A stretch of DNA of 64,000 nt from Candidatus Binataceae bacterium (GCA_035626155.1 DASPOF010000108.1:45286-109285), one strand, 5' to 3'. Positions 54,002 through 63,800 are shown, counted from the stretch's first letter. Made by a program: numbers and translations. Notes: generated by a model from the letters alone, not told the origin.

Positions 54002-55392
54002 ACGCATCCGGCGCGTGGGATAGCGCGGAGCACGAACGTGCGCGGGCGCTCGCGCTCGAGCTTGGTCCCGCCGCGGTCTCCGATGCGCGCCCGATTGCGG
54101 TGCGCGCGCCCGGCCGCGTGAATCTGATCGGCGAGCATACCGACTACAGCGGTCTTCCGGTCCTGCCGATCGCGATCGATCGCTCGACGATAATTGTGGC
54201 CGCGCGTTCGTCGAGCCCCGAGATTTCGCTCCGCAACGCCGATCGCGCCTGGCCGCCGAGGAGCTTCCGAATCGAGCGCCATATCCCGCCCTATCCGACG
54301 GGCGACTGGGCCAATTACGTCAAGGCCGCAGTGCAGGGCGTGATCGATCATTTTTCGGCGCGCGGCACAGCGATGGATCGCTGGGTTGGCGCCGCGATGA
54401 TCGTCGATGGACGCGTGCCGCCATCGGCCGGCCTCTCATCGTCGGCCGCGCTGACGGTCTCATCGGCGCTCGCCTTCATGGCGATCAACGGACTTAAGTT
54501 GGCGCCGATCGAGACCGCATCGATGGTCGCGCGAAGCGAATGGTACGTCGGCACGATGGCGGGCGGGATGGACCAGGCGGCGTCGCTGCTGGGCCGGCGC
54601 GATCACGCGCTCCTGATCGAATTCGAGCCGCTCCGCGTGCGGCCGGTGGCGATGCCGGCCGAGGCGGCGCTGGTCGTCGCGGACAGCCGCGAGGTTGCCG
54701 ACAAGTCGGGCAGGGTGCGCGGCGAGTACAATCGCCGGGTGGTCGAATGCGCGCTTGCGGCGCGAATCATCGCGTGCGCGCTCAAGCTCGACGGCGTAAG
54801 GATTCTCGGCGACGTCGTCGCGCGGCTTGGAAAGTGGGATGCGCCCGAGCTGGTGCGCATCCTCGAAGCGACGGCGCCGGCGCGGCTCGATCCCGATCTT
54901 GCCGATGCGGCGCGAATCGTGGGAATCGCGCGCGACCGCCTCGCGGACGATTTGCTCGGCACGGGCGCGGCGCGGATCATTCTCGATCCCGCCCGCCCAC
55001 TGGAGATTCTCCGCCGCGCGCGCCACGTGCTCGGCGAGACCGAGCGGGTGTACCGCGCCGCGGCCGCGCTCGAGGCGGGCCGTCTCGATGAGATGGGTGT
55101 GCTGATGAACGCATCGCATGAGAGTCTCGCCCGTGACTTCGAGTGCAGCACCGCGCGGCTCGACCGGCTGGTCGAATGCGCGCGGCGCGGAGGGGCGCTC
55201 GGCGCGCGCCTTACCGGCGCAGGGTTCGGCGGATCGATCGTCGCGCTGTGCCGCGCCGGCGATGCGCCGGGCGTGATCGAGGCGCTCGATCGCGAGTACT
55301 ACGCTGCGCTCGCAAGCGGCGCGCCGATCGAATCGGCCCGCGCAATCGTGCACGCCGGCGCGGGCGCGAGCGTGATCGAGCTGGCGGCGTGA
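53998..55392 (+). CDS. galK: Galactokinase-like GHMP kinase
   Basis: Galactokinase signature GRVNLIGEHTDYSGLPVLPIAI. GHMP ATP motif PPSAGLSSSAAL. LTGAGFGGSIVAL. The start overlaps the upstream stop (ATGA). Confidence 0.82.
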   Translation: MNASGAWDSAEHERARALALELGPAAVSDARPIAVRAPGRVNLIGEHTDYSGLPVLPIAIDRSTIIVAARSSSPEISLRNADRAWPPRSFRIERHIPPYPTGDWANYVKAAVQGVIDHFSARGTAMDRWVGAAMIVDGRVPPSAGLSSSAALTVSSALAFMAINGLKLAPIETASMVARSEWYVGTMAGGMDQAASLLGRRDHALLIEFEPLRVRPVAMPAEAALVVADSREVADKSGRVRGEYNRRVVECALAARIIACALKLDGVRILGDVVARLGKWDAPELVRILEATAPARLDPDLADAARIVGIARDRLADDLLGTGAARIILDPARPLEILRRARHVLGETERVYRAAAALEAGRLDEMGVLMNASHESLARDFECSTARLDRLVECARRGGALGARLTGAGFGGSIVALCRAGDAPGVIEALDREYYAALASGAPIESARAIVHAGAGASVIELAA

Positions 55393-57279
55393 TTATCCGC
55401 GCTGCGGGCGCACGATGCGCGCGGCGTGCGGCGGGATTTCGATCTCGTCGCGCGCGGGAACTTCGGCGCCGCCGATCGCGCGCACGCTGAACGGCCCGGC
55501 TCCGATGCCGAGGTCGGCGACTCGCACCCGCTCGTGCGCATCGAGGCGATTAATCAACAATGCGAGCGCTCCGTTGCCTGCCTTCTTGGAAAGGCCGCGC
55601 ACTGCACCCGACGCCATCAGGTCGAGCGCACGCATGGGTTCGCGCGTGAAGCTTGCGTCGATTTCTGCGCCGAGCTTCGCGACCTCGCGGTACAGGCGCG
55701 CTTCGTCTCCGCCCAGCAGGCTCATGTCGTCCGAGATCAGAAGCATCCCGCCCGATGCCGCGATAGTTGCGGCCAAAGTCCCCCGCTCTTCAGCGTTGAG
55801 CTGCGTCTGGCGCGAGCGGAGCATCACGCAGTCGGGGTCGTTCAGCCACAGGCGCCGATGCATGAAGCTGCGCGCGACGATCGCATCGAGGGCGTGCACC
55901 GTCGATGGATCCTCCGCGCCGCCCGCGCCCCAGAACGGCGAGACGTCCGGGCCGATTCTCATCGCGTCAACGATTCCGATCGCCTGCCCGAGCGGACATC
56001 CGCATCCGAGCAGGAAGGTCTCATCGCCTGCGCCAGCGCGAATCGCCTCCAGGCCGCGCCTGAGCGTCTCGGCGCGCGTGATTGCGGGGTCGAAACGGGT
56101 TCCCTCGGCGGCCGCGGCATACAGGAAATCGAGCTTCAGGTAGGAGTAACCGAATTCCCGGACGAGCCTGCCGAAAAGGCGCTCGAGATGCTCGCGGAAC
56201 GCCGGATTGCTCGCATCGAGCGCATACGCGTACGCATCGCGGTCCGCGGTCCAATTGGGATTGTATCCCGCGCGAAGCGGCTCGCCGCTTTCGTGGCGGA
56301 TGAACCAACCGGGATGCTCGCGCATCAGGCGCGAATCGCGCGCCGCGAGAAACGGCGCGGTCCACAGGCCCGGCGTGAATCCCGCGGCGCGAATCTCGTC
56401 CGCGAGTCGCCTTAGTCCCGACGGGAACTTGGCGTTGGTCGCCTCCCAGTCGCCGAGGCCGGCCTGGAAGCCGTCGTCGAGTTGCACGACCTCGAGCGGG
56501 AACTCATCGCGCATCGCGGCGAGCGAGTGGAGGTTCGCGCGCAGAGCGTCCTCGCTAATCGCGTCGAAGTAGTGGTACCAGGAGCACCATCCGCGCTGGT
56601 ACGGCGCGCCCGTCCGCGCATTCATCCGCTTGCCGATGACGCCGGCCCATCGCGACGCGAGCACGGCGGGCGCCGCGCCCTCGGCGAGGAGCAAAGGCTC
56701 GACTTCGCGGACCGACCCCGGCTCGAGCGGAATCCCGTCGAGCAGCACGCGCGCGATGACCCGCTCGGGACCGGGAACGGTCACGGTGGTGAGTTCGTGC
56801 GCCGCGCCGGCAAATCCCGCCAGCACCGCGGCGGGCGCATCGGTGCTCTCGACGATCGCGAACATCTCGGAGGTCAGCGCTTCGGGGAATTCGCGCGGGC
56901 GGCGCGCCTCGCTCTGATGATTGAGGCGCGCGATACGCGACGCACCGTCGCGCCGATGAACGGCCGCGGAAATTACCGGATAGGCGCCCGAGCTGCTCCA
57001 CGATTGATATCCATGCTTGAAGAAGCGCGCGGGCCGCTCAGGCGCAAGCCCCGTTGCGACTTCAATCAGCAGCGCGTCCAGGAAGATCGGCTCCGCGGAC
57101 TTATTTCGAATCGTGGCGCGCACGACGCGGCCCGAATCCGCCGCGCCGGCGCTCGCGGCAATCTCGATGCGGCCCCGCTCGGCCGACGTTGCCGAGAACT
57201 CATCGGGTGGCAGATGGCGAATCGCGCCGCGCGCGCCTCGGCGATCGGCGAAGCGGAGTTCCAGGCTCGTGACTTTCAT
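55393..57279 (-). CDS. GH36 alpha-galactosidase (Thermotoga GalA-like subgroup)
   Basis: GWCSWYHYF, LEVVQLDDGFQAGLGDW, GFTPGLWTAPF, YLKLDFLYAAA (nucleophile region), LLGCGCPLG, RIGPDVSPFW, RLWLNDPDC. Confidence 0.85.
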   Translation of the reverse strand: MKVTSLELRFADRRGARGAIRHLPPDEFSATSAERGRIEIAASAGAADSGRVVRATIRNKSAEPIFLDALLIEVATGLAPERPARFFKHGYQSWSSSGAYPVISAAVHRRDGASRIARLNHQSEARRPREFPEALTSEMFAIVESTDAPAAVLAGFAGAAHELTTVTVPGPERVIARVLLDGIPLEPGSVREVEPLLLAEGAAPAVLASRWAGVIGKRMNARTGAPYQRGWCSWYHYFDAISEDALRANLHSLAAMRDEFPLEVVQLDDGFQAGLGDWEATNAKFPSGLRRLADEIRAAGFTPGLWTAPFLAARDSRLMREHPGWFIRHESGEPLRAGYNPNWTADRDAYAYALDASNPAFREHLERLFGRLVREFGYSYLKLDFLYAAAAEGTRFDPAITRAETLRRGLEAIRAGAGDETFLLGCGCPLGQAIGIVDAMRIGPDVSPFWGAGGAEDPSTVHALDAIVARSFMHRRLWLNDPDCVMLRSRQTQLNAEERGTLAATIAASGGMLLISDDMSLLGGDEARLYREVAKLGAEIDASFTREPMRALDLMASGAVRGLSKKAGNGALALLINRLDAHERVRVADLGIGAGPFSVRAIGGAEVPARDEIEIPPHAARIVRPQRG

Positions 57280-57317
57280 GCGTGGCAGCCTCTGGGAAGG
57301 GACGGTTCGGCCGGCAA

Positions 57318-58910
57318 TTACTCGATTACCTCCTCCGTCTCATCGGGGATACCCTTGCTCGGCAGCAGAAATACAATAGGCAGAAATATCAACATGATAA
57401 TCGCCAGCATGCAATGGACGTCATTGTATGCCAGCATGCGCGCCTCCCGGGTAACTACATGATTGACGACCGAGACGGCCGTCTCCTGCGCAGAGCCCGA
57501 ATTGAATGCCGGGACTCTCAGTACGCGCTGCACCGCGGGGCTCCAGGCGATGAATGCCTCATGGCGAGGAGTGATGTTGTCGACCAGGATGGACCGGTGA
57601 AAGTGCGCGCGCCGGGTCACGACGGTTGCGAGAACGGCGTAGGCGACATTGCCTGCCACCCGGTTTACGAAATTGCTCAAAGCCGCGGCCTGGGTCATGT
57701 TCTGCCGCGCTACGCTGCTCAGCGCGACGGTATTGACCACGGTCCCGGAAAAGGCCAGGCCGAGCCCGGTCGATGCAGTCAGGAGCGCGATATTCCAGAA
57801 CCCCACGCCGGTCGATAAATGGCCGAGTGACCAGTATGTATAAATCAGCACAATCATTGCGAAGGTGACCAGCTTTCGCGGGCTCACGCGATTATACATT
57901 CGGCCGCTGACCTGCATGAAGAACAGCATCATGATCGACCGTGGAATCATCACCAGGCCCGAGGCGAGCGCGGTATAGCCCAGTAGCGTCTGGGTCAACT
58001 GCGGCAGGAGGAAAGTCGATCCGAATACGGCAAAGCCGGTGACCGCGTTGTATGTATTGCCGGCCCTGAGCAGCGGATTTTTGTACAGGCGCAGATTGAT
58101 AATCGGCTCTTTTTGCAGAAGCTCCCAGACCACGAGACTGAGCAAGGCCGATGCGGTGAAAATGACTCCCCAGGTCAGCATCCGCGACTGGAACCAGCCG
58201 ACTTGCTGTCCGCGCTCGAGCACGATTTGCAGGGCGGTGATGCCGGCTGTGAGCAGTCCGATGCCGACCGCATCGATTTTTTCCACGCCGCGCTTGAGAT
58301 AGGGCGGATCGTGGACGAAGGTGCTCACCATGAACAGGCAGATCAGGCAGATCGGCACGTTTATATAGAAAATGAACGGCCAACCATAGTTGTCGATTAG
58401 CCACCCGGCGATGACCGGTCCGGTCGCGGGAGCCAGGATGGTTCCCATCGAGAATGTGGCCATCGCCACACCCTGCTCTTCGGGGGGGAATTTCTCGCGC
58501 ACGATCGCCTGCGAGAGCGGCATCAGAGTGCCTCCGCCTATTCCCTGCAGAATGCGGAAGGCGATCATCTGGGCAAGCGTGTGCGACATCCCGGAAAGAA
58601 CCGATCCGGCGACAAACACTATCATCGAGAATAGGTAAAGGCGCTTTCGCCCGATGAGAGTGGTCCACCAGGCCGCCATCGTGATCATGATCATCGAAGC
58701 GATGTTGTACGAAGTCGCAACCCACGTGACGGTGAGGAGATCGATGCCGAAGCTGCCCATCATGTGCGGCATCGCGACGTTCACGATGGTCACGTCCATC
58801 AGCGCGACGAACGTTCCCAGCAACACGGAGAGCGCGACTATCCACTTGCCGGATTCGGCCGTCCTGCGGGCGGCAACTAGGTCTTCGCTATGAGTCAGGC
58901 CCGCGGCCAC
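57318..58910 (-). CDS. MFS transporter, DHA2 (EmrB/QacA, 14-TMS) family
   Basis: LGTFVALMDVTIVNVAMPHMMGSFG, GRKRLYLFSMIVFVAGSVLSG, about 14 hydrophobic segments. Confidence 0.85.
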   Translation of the reverse strand: MAAGLTHSEDLVAARRTAESGKWIVALSVLLGTFVALMDVTIVNVAMPHMMGSFGIDLLTVTWVATSYNIASMIMITMAAWWTTLIGRKRLYLFSMIVFVAGSVLSGMSHTLAQMIAFRILQGIGGGTLMPLSQAIVREKFPPEEQGVAMATFSMGTILAPATGPVIAGWLIDNYGWPFIFYINVPICLICLFMVSTFVHDPPYLKRGVEKIDAVGIGLLTAGITALQIVLERGQQVGWFQSRMLTWGVIFTASALLSLVVWELLQKEPIINLRLYKNPLLRAGNTYNAVTGFAVFGSTFLLPQLTQTLLGYTALASGLVMIPRSIMMLFFMQVSGRMYNRVSPRKLVTFAMIVLIYTYWSLGHLSTGVGFWNIALLTASTGLGLAFSGTVVNTVALSSVARQNMTQAAALSNFVNRVAGNVAYAVLATVVTRRAHFHRSILVDNITPRHEAFIAWSPAVQRVLRVPAFNSGSAQETAVSVVNHVVTREARMLAYNDVHCMLAIIMLIFLPIVFLLPSKGIPDETEEVIE

Positions 58911-59110
58911 TTTTGCTTAATGCCTCGATGCTGATGCACTGCCGATTTGGTTCGCCAGGCGGCATCGCGGTTCCCAACGCTGTACCCCCGCGTGCCGATG
59001 GCGCCTGGCCGGTTCAGTCGGCGAGGGAATGAGGCTGTTCTTCATTCCCGCCAGTTGGACGCCGCGCACTCGGCATTTTTCAACACCCTCTGAATTGACG
59101 CAACGCGGAC

Positions 59111-59146
59111 GCGGGACGGCGCGCCGATGGCGTCGCGCCGTCCCGC
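59111..59146. other. Strong GC hairpin (13-bp perfect stem) in the MFS/selA divergent intergenic region
   Basis: GCGGGACGGCGCG (59111-59123), 10-nt loop, CGCGCCGTCCCGC (59134-59146). No U-tract follows. Function unknown. Confidence 0.4.
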
Positions 59147-59178
59147 GCTCTTGCCACGGTTGCTCGCGCTCTCAGATA

Positions 59179-60630
59179 ATGCCTTCGATGGCGGGCAAGT
59201 CGCGACAGCGCCAGCGTGCCGTACAATCTGCGCCGGATAGCCGGGGCGATCGGCTTCGCATCGTACCGCCGACCGACGAATGTCTGCGCGCCGTCGAGAA
59301 ACAGCCTGCGTTCGAGGGCCTGAGCCGCGGGTACCTTAAAATGATGGTGCAGCGAGCGCAAGCGGAGCTGCGCGAGGCGATCGTTGCGGGCCGGCGCGAC
59401 TTTGCGCCCGCGCGCGATGCGGTGCTCGAGGCGCTGGTGCATCGAGTCGAGGCGGCCGTAGCCGCAGACGAACCCGCGCTCAAGCCGGTGGTCAATGCGA
59501 CCGGTATCATCCTGCACACGAACCTCGGGCGCGCGATCCTTGCCGAAGATGCCATCGAAGCGCTCGAACAGGCGGCGCGGTCCGCGGTCAACCTCGAGTA
59601 CGATCTCGCCACCGGCGAACGCGGCGATCGCGACTCGCTCGTCGAGACGGAGTTGCGCGCGCTGACCGGAGCCGAGGCGGCCACCGTGGTCAACAACAAC
59701 GCGGCGGCGGTGCTGCTCGCGCTGAACACGCTTGCCGAGGGGCGCGAGGTGATCGTCTCGCGCGGGGAGCTGATCGAGATCGGCGGTTCGTTCCGGCTGC
59801 CGGACATCATGGCGCGAAGCGGCGCGCGGCTGCGCGAGGTCGGCACCACCAATCGCACCCATCCGCGCGACTACATCGACGCGATTGGGCCCGACACCGC
59901 CCTTCTGCTCAAGGTCCATCCCTCCAACTACCGCGTGGTCGGATTCACCAGCGAAGTTCCCCTCGACGAGCTGGTGAAGATCGGCCGCGAGCGCGGGCTC
60001 GACGTGGTGGAGGACCTCGGCGCGGGCGCGCTGGTCGATTTCACCGCTTACGGCCTTGCGCCCGAGCCGGTGGTCGCGGATCGAATCGCCGCCGGCGCTG
60101 CGCTGGTCACGTTCTCGGGCGACAAGTTGCTCGGCGGTCCGCAAGCCGGCCTGATCGCCGGGCGGCGCGAACTGGTCGAACGGTTGCGGCGCAACCCGCT
60201 CAAGCGCGCGCTGCGATGCGACAAGCTCACACTGGCTGCGCTCGAAGCGACGCTCAGGCTCTACCTCCGATCCGCCGATCTCCCATCGGTGGTGCCGACC
60301 TTGAGGCTTCTTCGGCGCACGCCCGGGGAGCTGCGGTCGATCGGCGAGCGCGTTCGTGCAATCCTCGCGGAAAGGCTCGGCGGCGAGTTCCAAGTCGACG
60401 TCGTATCGTCCTTTGCCGAGGCCGGCTCGGGTTCGCTTCCCGCCGAGTCGCTCGAAAGCGCGGCGGTCCGCGTGCGCCATCCGCGGATGTCCCCGGATAA
60501 GATCGCGGAGATCTTCCGCCGTGCGCGAATTATCGGGAGGGTAAGCGACCGGACCTTTCTGCTCGACATGAGGACGATAGAAGACGAATCAGTGTTCGCG
60601 GTCGACTTCGGCCGGATGGTCGAGAAATAG
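59179..60630 (+). CDS. selA: L-seryl-tRNA(Sec) selenium transferase
   Basis: PVVNATGIILHTNLGRA, VVNNNAAAVLLAL, VSRGELIEIGGSFRLPDIM, EVGTTNRTH, PLP-Lys in FSGDKLLGGPQAGLIAGR, RALRCDKLTLAALEATLRLY. Start at ATG 59179 or 59188; the track start 59029 is too long. Confidence 0.92.
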   Translation: MPSMAGKSRQRQRAVQSAPDSRGDRLRIVPPTDECLRAVEKQPAFEGLSRGYLKMMVQRAQAELREAIVAGRRDFAPARDAVLEALVHRVEAAVAADEPALKPVVNATGIILHTNLGRAILAEDAIEALEQAARSAVNLEYDLATGERGDRDSLVETELRALTGAEAATVVNNNAAAVLLALNTLAEGREVIVSRGELIEIGGSFRLPDIMARSGARLREVGTTNRTHPRDYIDAIGPDTALLLKVHPSNYRVVGFTSEVPLDELVKIGRERGLDVVEDLGAGALVDFTAYGLAPEPVVADRIAAGAALVTFSGDKLLGGPQAGLIAGRRELVERLRRNPLKRALRCDKLTLAALEATLRLYLRSADLPSVVPTLRLLRRTPGELRSIGERVRAILAERLGGEFQVDVVSSFAEAGSGSLPAESLESAAVRVRHPRMSPDKIAEIFRRARIIGRVSDRTFLLDMRTIEDESVFAVDFGRMVEK

Positions 60631-60693
60631 GTGATCCGCGTGCGCCGTCACGGCGCAAACCGAATCGCGGCGCAAGCCGCATCAGGAGATCCC

Positions 60694-60915
60694 ATGCCGG
60701 AAAAGACCTACAAGCTCATCGATGTCGTCGGCGTGTCCGACGAAAGCATCCAGCAGGCCGTGCGCAACGCGCTCAAGAAGGCGCGCCAGACGCTGCGCAA
60801 TATCGACTGGTTCGAGGTCAGCAACATCCGCGGCGCGGTGATGAGGAACGGGGAGCCGGAGTTCCAGGTCGAGGTGCGAATCGGCTTCCGTCTGGAAAAC
60901 AACCCCGCCGCCTGA
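60694..60915 (+). CDS. Dodecin family flavin-binding protein
   Basis: 73 aa: MPEKTYKLIDVVGVSDESIQQAVRNALKKA..TLRNIDWFEV...FQVEVRIGFRLE. AGGAG RBS 6 nt upstream. The track GTG at 60631 is a spurious extension. Confidence 0.8.
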   Translation: MPEKTYKLIDVVGVSDESIQQAVRNALKKARQTLRNIDWFEVSNIRGAVMRNGEPEFQVEVRIGFRLENNPAA

Positions 60916-61055
60916 TCTTCGCGCACGGCTGCCCCGGTCTCACCGGGCCTTTCGCCATGCGCCGCTCGATTCGCCGAGCCGGCGCGTGGCCGCGGCGCGT
61001 CCATGCCGCAATCCCCGCTGCTTTTGGGGTTGAACGGACGTGAAGGAGGTCGCGA

Positions 61056-61478
61056 ATGAACCCCCGGATCTGGTTGAGAGTGGCGGCAGTCCTTCAGGCG
61101 CTCGGTATTGTCGGCCATACGATTGCCAGTTCGAAAACAACCGGGCGCGGACCCCAGGAGCAGGCGGTATTCGACGCGATGCGAGCGTTTCATTTCCAGA
61201 TCATGGGGTCGAGCCGCACCTACTGGGATTTCATGCGCGGCTACGCGCATTCGACCACGGTGTTCTTCGCGATCATGGCTGTGCTGATGTGGCAGTTGGG
61301 GAATCTGGGCCGCACGAATGCTCGCGAGGCTCGGCCCTTCATCATCGTGTTGTTCGTGGGCCAGGCTTTTCTGGTGGTCCTGAGCTGGACTTACTTTTTC
61401 GCGGGGCCCGGCGTAGTGGCGACTGCGATCGCCTTGTGCCTCGGGATCGCATCGATTGCGGTATCGCGCGCCGGCTAA
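61056..61478 (+). CDS. Hypothetical integral membrane protein (4 predicted helices)
   Basis: GAAGGAGG RBS upstream of the ATG. Hydrophobic helices and GC3 bias. No confident family. Confidence 0.6.
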   Translation: MNPRIWLRVAAVLQALGIVGHTIASSKTTGRGPQEQAVFDAMRAFHFQIMGSSRTYWDFMRGYAHSTTVFFAIMAVLMWQLGNLGRTNAREARPFIIVLFVGQAFLVVLSWTYFFAGPGVVATAIALCLGIASIAVSRAG

Positions 61479-61712
61479 TCGGCGTCCGAATCTCCCGCCC
61501 GGATCGCGGCCGGCTGAGCATCGGCATCCTGTCAGGCTCATCGCGGTGCGCGGGAGACGAACCGATTGTTTTGCACGGCCGCGCACCCCGCGATAGTCTG
61601 TGAAAATGGCCGTTCGACCAGCGGCGCGACTGGAAAATTGCAATGATATCGGCGCAGGTATTGCGGCGGCCCGCCCAATGTCGCGTGGATGAGGCGCTGA
61701 CCCGGCCAAACG

Positions 61713-63263
61713 ATGAAGACCTGCCCACGATGCGACCGGACTTATCCCGATAGCGAGACCTTCTGCGCGCAGGACGGCATCGCGCTGGTTCCAGCCGGTC
61801 CCGCTTTCACCCAGGGCGCTGACCGGGGCGCAGGCGGAGCCGGCCGTCCGCCCGCATCGGAAGAAACGAAAATCGAGTGTCCCGTCTGCGGTGGCAAAGC
61901 TGAGCCGGGCGAGGTGATTTGCAATTTCTGCGGCGCGCGCCTGAGCGATTCGCAGCCCGAGGCGCCTGCGCCCGCAGCGCCGGCGGCCACGTCCCGCCGC
62001 GCGCCACAATTTTCGAGCAGCCGGCTTGCCGGTCCCACAGGCGCGGCCGATGAAGCACAGGACGAGGAGACGGGCGGCGGGCGCGCGCTTGGCATAATCG
62101 GCTATACGCTTGCGGCGCTGGTAGCGCTTGGCGGCGGCGCCTGGCTCGCGCTTCATCTCACCTCGGCGAAGGCGCCCGAGGAGACCAAAGCAGTTTCGCC
62201 CTCCGCGGTCGCATCGCCGGCCGCCGTGCCGTCGGGACCGCAGGTCGTCCTTGCGACCGGTCTCGGAATCCAGGTTGCGGGGGAATCGGCATCGTCACCC
62301 GAGCGGGATCAGGAAGCGATGCGCAAGGTCTTCGATGCGAACAAGGCCGGGCTGCTCGACATATACAAGCGCGCGCTCGGCAGCGACGCATCGATGCACG
62401 ATGCGATGGATCTCAGGCTCAAGGTGATGCCCGACGGAACGGTGGGCGGTGCGGCGGTCCGCACCTCGAGCGTGCCCAATCCGAGCCTCGATGCGGATGT
62501 GGTCAAAGAGGTTTCGGGATGGTCGTTCACGCCGTTCAGCGGCGGCCAGGTTGAGGTCGATTATCCGGTCATCCTCGCGCGCGATGACGCCGACCGCGCG
62601 TCGCTGGAATCTGACCTCAAGGCGAAGCTCGCAAGTCTCAGTCCCACCGAGACGCCCGAGTATGCCTCGGCCCCGGTTGCGACTCCCGCCTCCGCAGCGC
62701 CATCGCCGCCAGCCGCCCCAGCAGTAGGGGCCGCGACACCGGCCGCCGCTCCCAGCGAGGCGCTTGGAGCGGCCGCTCCATCTCCCGCGGCTCGGGCCGC
62801 GCACAAGCGTCCCCGCCGCGAGTACGCCGCTGTGCCCAAGCCGACCCCGTCGCTGCTGGAGCGCGTGCAAACCGCGCTTAAGGGCAACCGGAAACTCGGG
62901 CGTGTGCGGGCATACACCGACCACGGCACGGTTACGCTTTATGGTAAAGTTTTTGATGACAACGACAAGCTGCTCGCCGAGCGCACCGCGCGCAACGTCG
63001 ATGGTGTCAGCGGCGTCAATAACGTTCTCACCACCGACCTGGGCGAGTGGGCGGCGATGGAGTCGAAAATCCAGCAGCAGCTTCAGAACGCGGGGCTCGG
63101 CAAGGTTACGGTCAAGGTCATCGGGCATGATGCGTACCTCGGCGGATCGGTTAAGACCGATCTTGAGAAGGAGCGGGCGGTTACGATCACGGTTGGCGCC
63201 GCGCCGGTGATGGTGCGTGCGAATCTGATAAGCGTCGAGCCGGGAAGAGTTTTCGGATTTTAA
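61713..63263 (+). CDS. Multidomain envelope protein: double zinc-ribbon, TM helix, AgmX/PglI (TonB_C-like) domain, Pro/Ala linker, two BON domains
   Basis: MKTCPRCDRTY..FCAQDG and ECPVCGG...ICNFCGARL. TM helix ALGIIGYTLAALVALGGGAWLAL. LRLKVMPDGTVGGAAV...VKEVSGWSFTPF. BON-like GTVTLYGKVFDDNDKLLAERTARNVDGVSGVNNVL and VKVIGHDAYLGGSVKTDLEKERAV. Confidence 0.7.
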   Translation: MKTCPRCDRTYPDSETFCAQDGIALVPAGPAFTQGADRGAGGAGRPPASEETKIECPVCGGKAEPGEVICNFCGARLSDSQPEAPAPAAPAATSRRAPQFSSSRLAGPTGAADEAQDEETGGGRALGIIGYTLAALVALGGGAWLALHLTSAKAPEETKAVSPSAVASPAAVPSGPQVVLATGLGIQVAGESASSPERDQEAMRKVFDANKAGLLDIYKRALGSDASMHDAMDLRLKVMPDGTVGGAAVRTSSVPNPSLDADVVKEVSGWSFTPFSGGQVEVDYPVILARDDADRASLESDLKAKLASLSPTETPEYASAPVATPASAAPSPPAAPAVGAATPAAAPSEALGAAAPSPAARAAHKRPRREYAAVPKPTPSLLERVQTALKGNRKLGRVRAYTDHGTVTLYGKVFDDNDKLLAERTARNVDGVSGVNNVLTTDLGEWAAMESKIQQQLQNAGLGKVTVKVIGHDAYLGGSVKTDLEKERAVTITVGAAPVMVRANLISVEPGRVFGF

Positions 63264-63435
63264 GTTCGCGACGGCGCTGTCTTAAGCGAGCCTTGCTTGT
63301 CCTTGCCAGCGCCTTGACCCGGGGCATGACTGAACCGGCACGGGCCACGGCATCTATTGACAACGATTCTTATGAACGGTTAGATGACGCACATAGCGCG
63401 GCTCCGCCGCTCCCACCAGGAGGTGTCCGTTTCCC

Positions 63436-63768
63436 ATGGCTGATGCACCAACGACCCCAAAGCAGATTTTCGCTGAAATGCCGAACCGCTTCAAAAAGGA
63501 TGCGGCTAAAGGCCTGACCGCCACTTACCAGTTCGATCTTTCGGGTGATAATGGTGGCAAGTGGCATGTCGTTATCAACAACCAGGCGTGCGAGGTCAAA
63601 GAGGGCCCGGCGGCATCGCCGAGCATCACGATCTCCATGGCGGCGCAGGATTACGTCGATATGACCACCGGGAAGCTCAACCCCCAGGTGGCTTTCATGA
63701 GCGGCAAGCTCCGGATCACTGGGGACATGGGGCTTGCACTGCGGATGGGCAGCCTGTTCGGGCAATAA
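63436..63768 (+). CDS. SCP2 sterol-carrier-like domain protein
   Basis: ATYQFDLSGDNGGKWHVVI...DYVDMTTGKLNPQVAFMSGKLRITGDMGLALRMGSLF. AGGAGG RBS upstream. Confidence 0.85.
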   Translation: MADAPTTPKQIFAEMPNRFKKDAAKGLTATYQFDLSGDNGGKWHVVINNQACEVKEGPAASPSITISMAAQDYVDMTTGKLNPQVAFMSGKLRITGDMGLALRMGSLFGQ

Positions 63769-63800
63769 CAGGATGAAGATTTTCGCCCGATGATTCGTAT

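Noticed and set aside
58911-59178. tRNA-Sec (selC) next to selA; also the GATTCGAGTCC T-loop-like string near 23620
   Set aside because: No acceptor stem, UCA anticodon loop or GGTTCGAxTCC T-arm can be assembled in either place. The hairpin at 59111-59146 is a simple stem-loop, not a cloverleaf.
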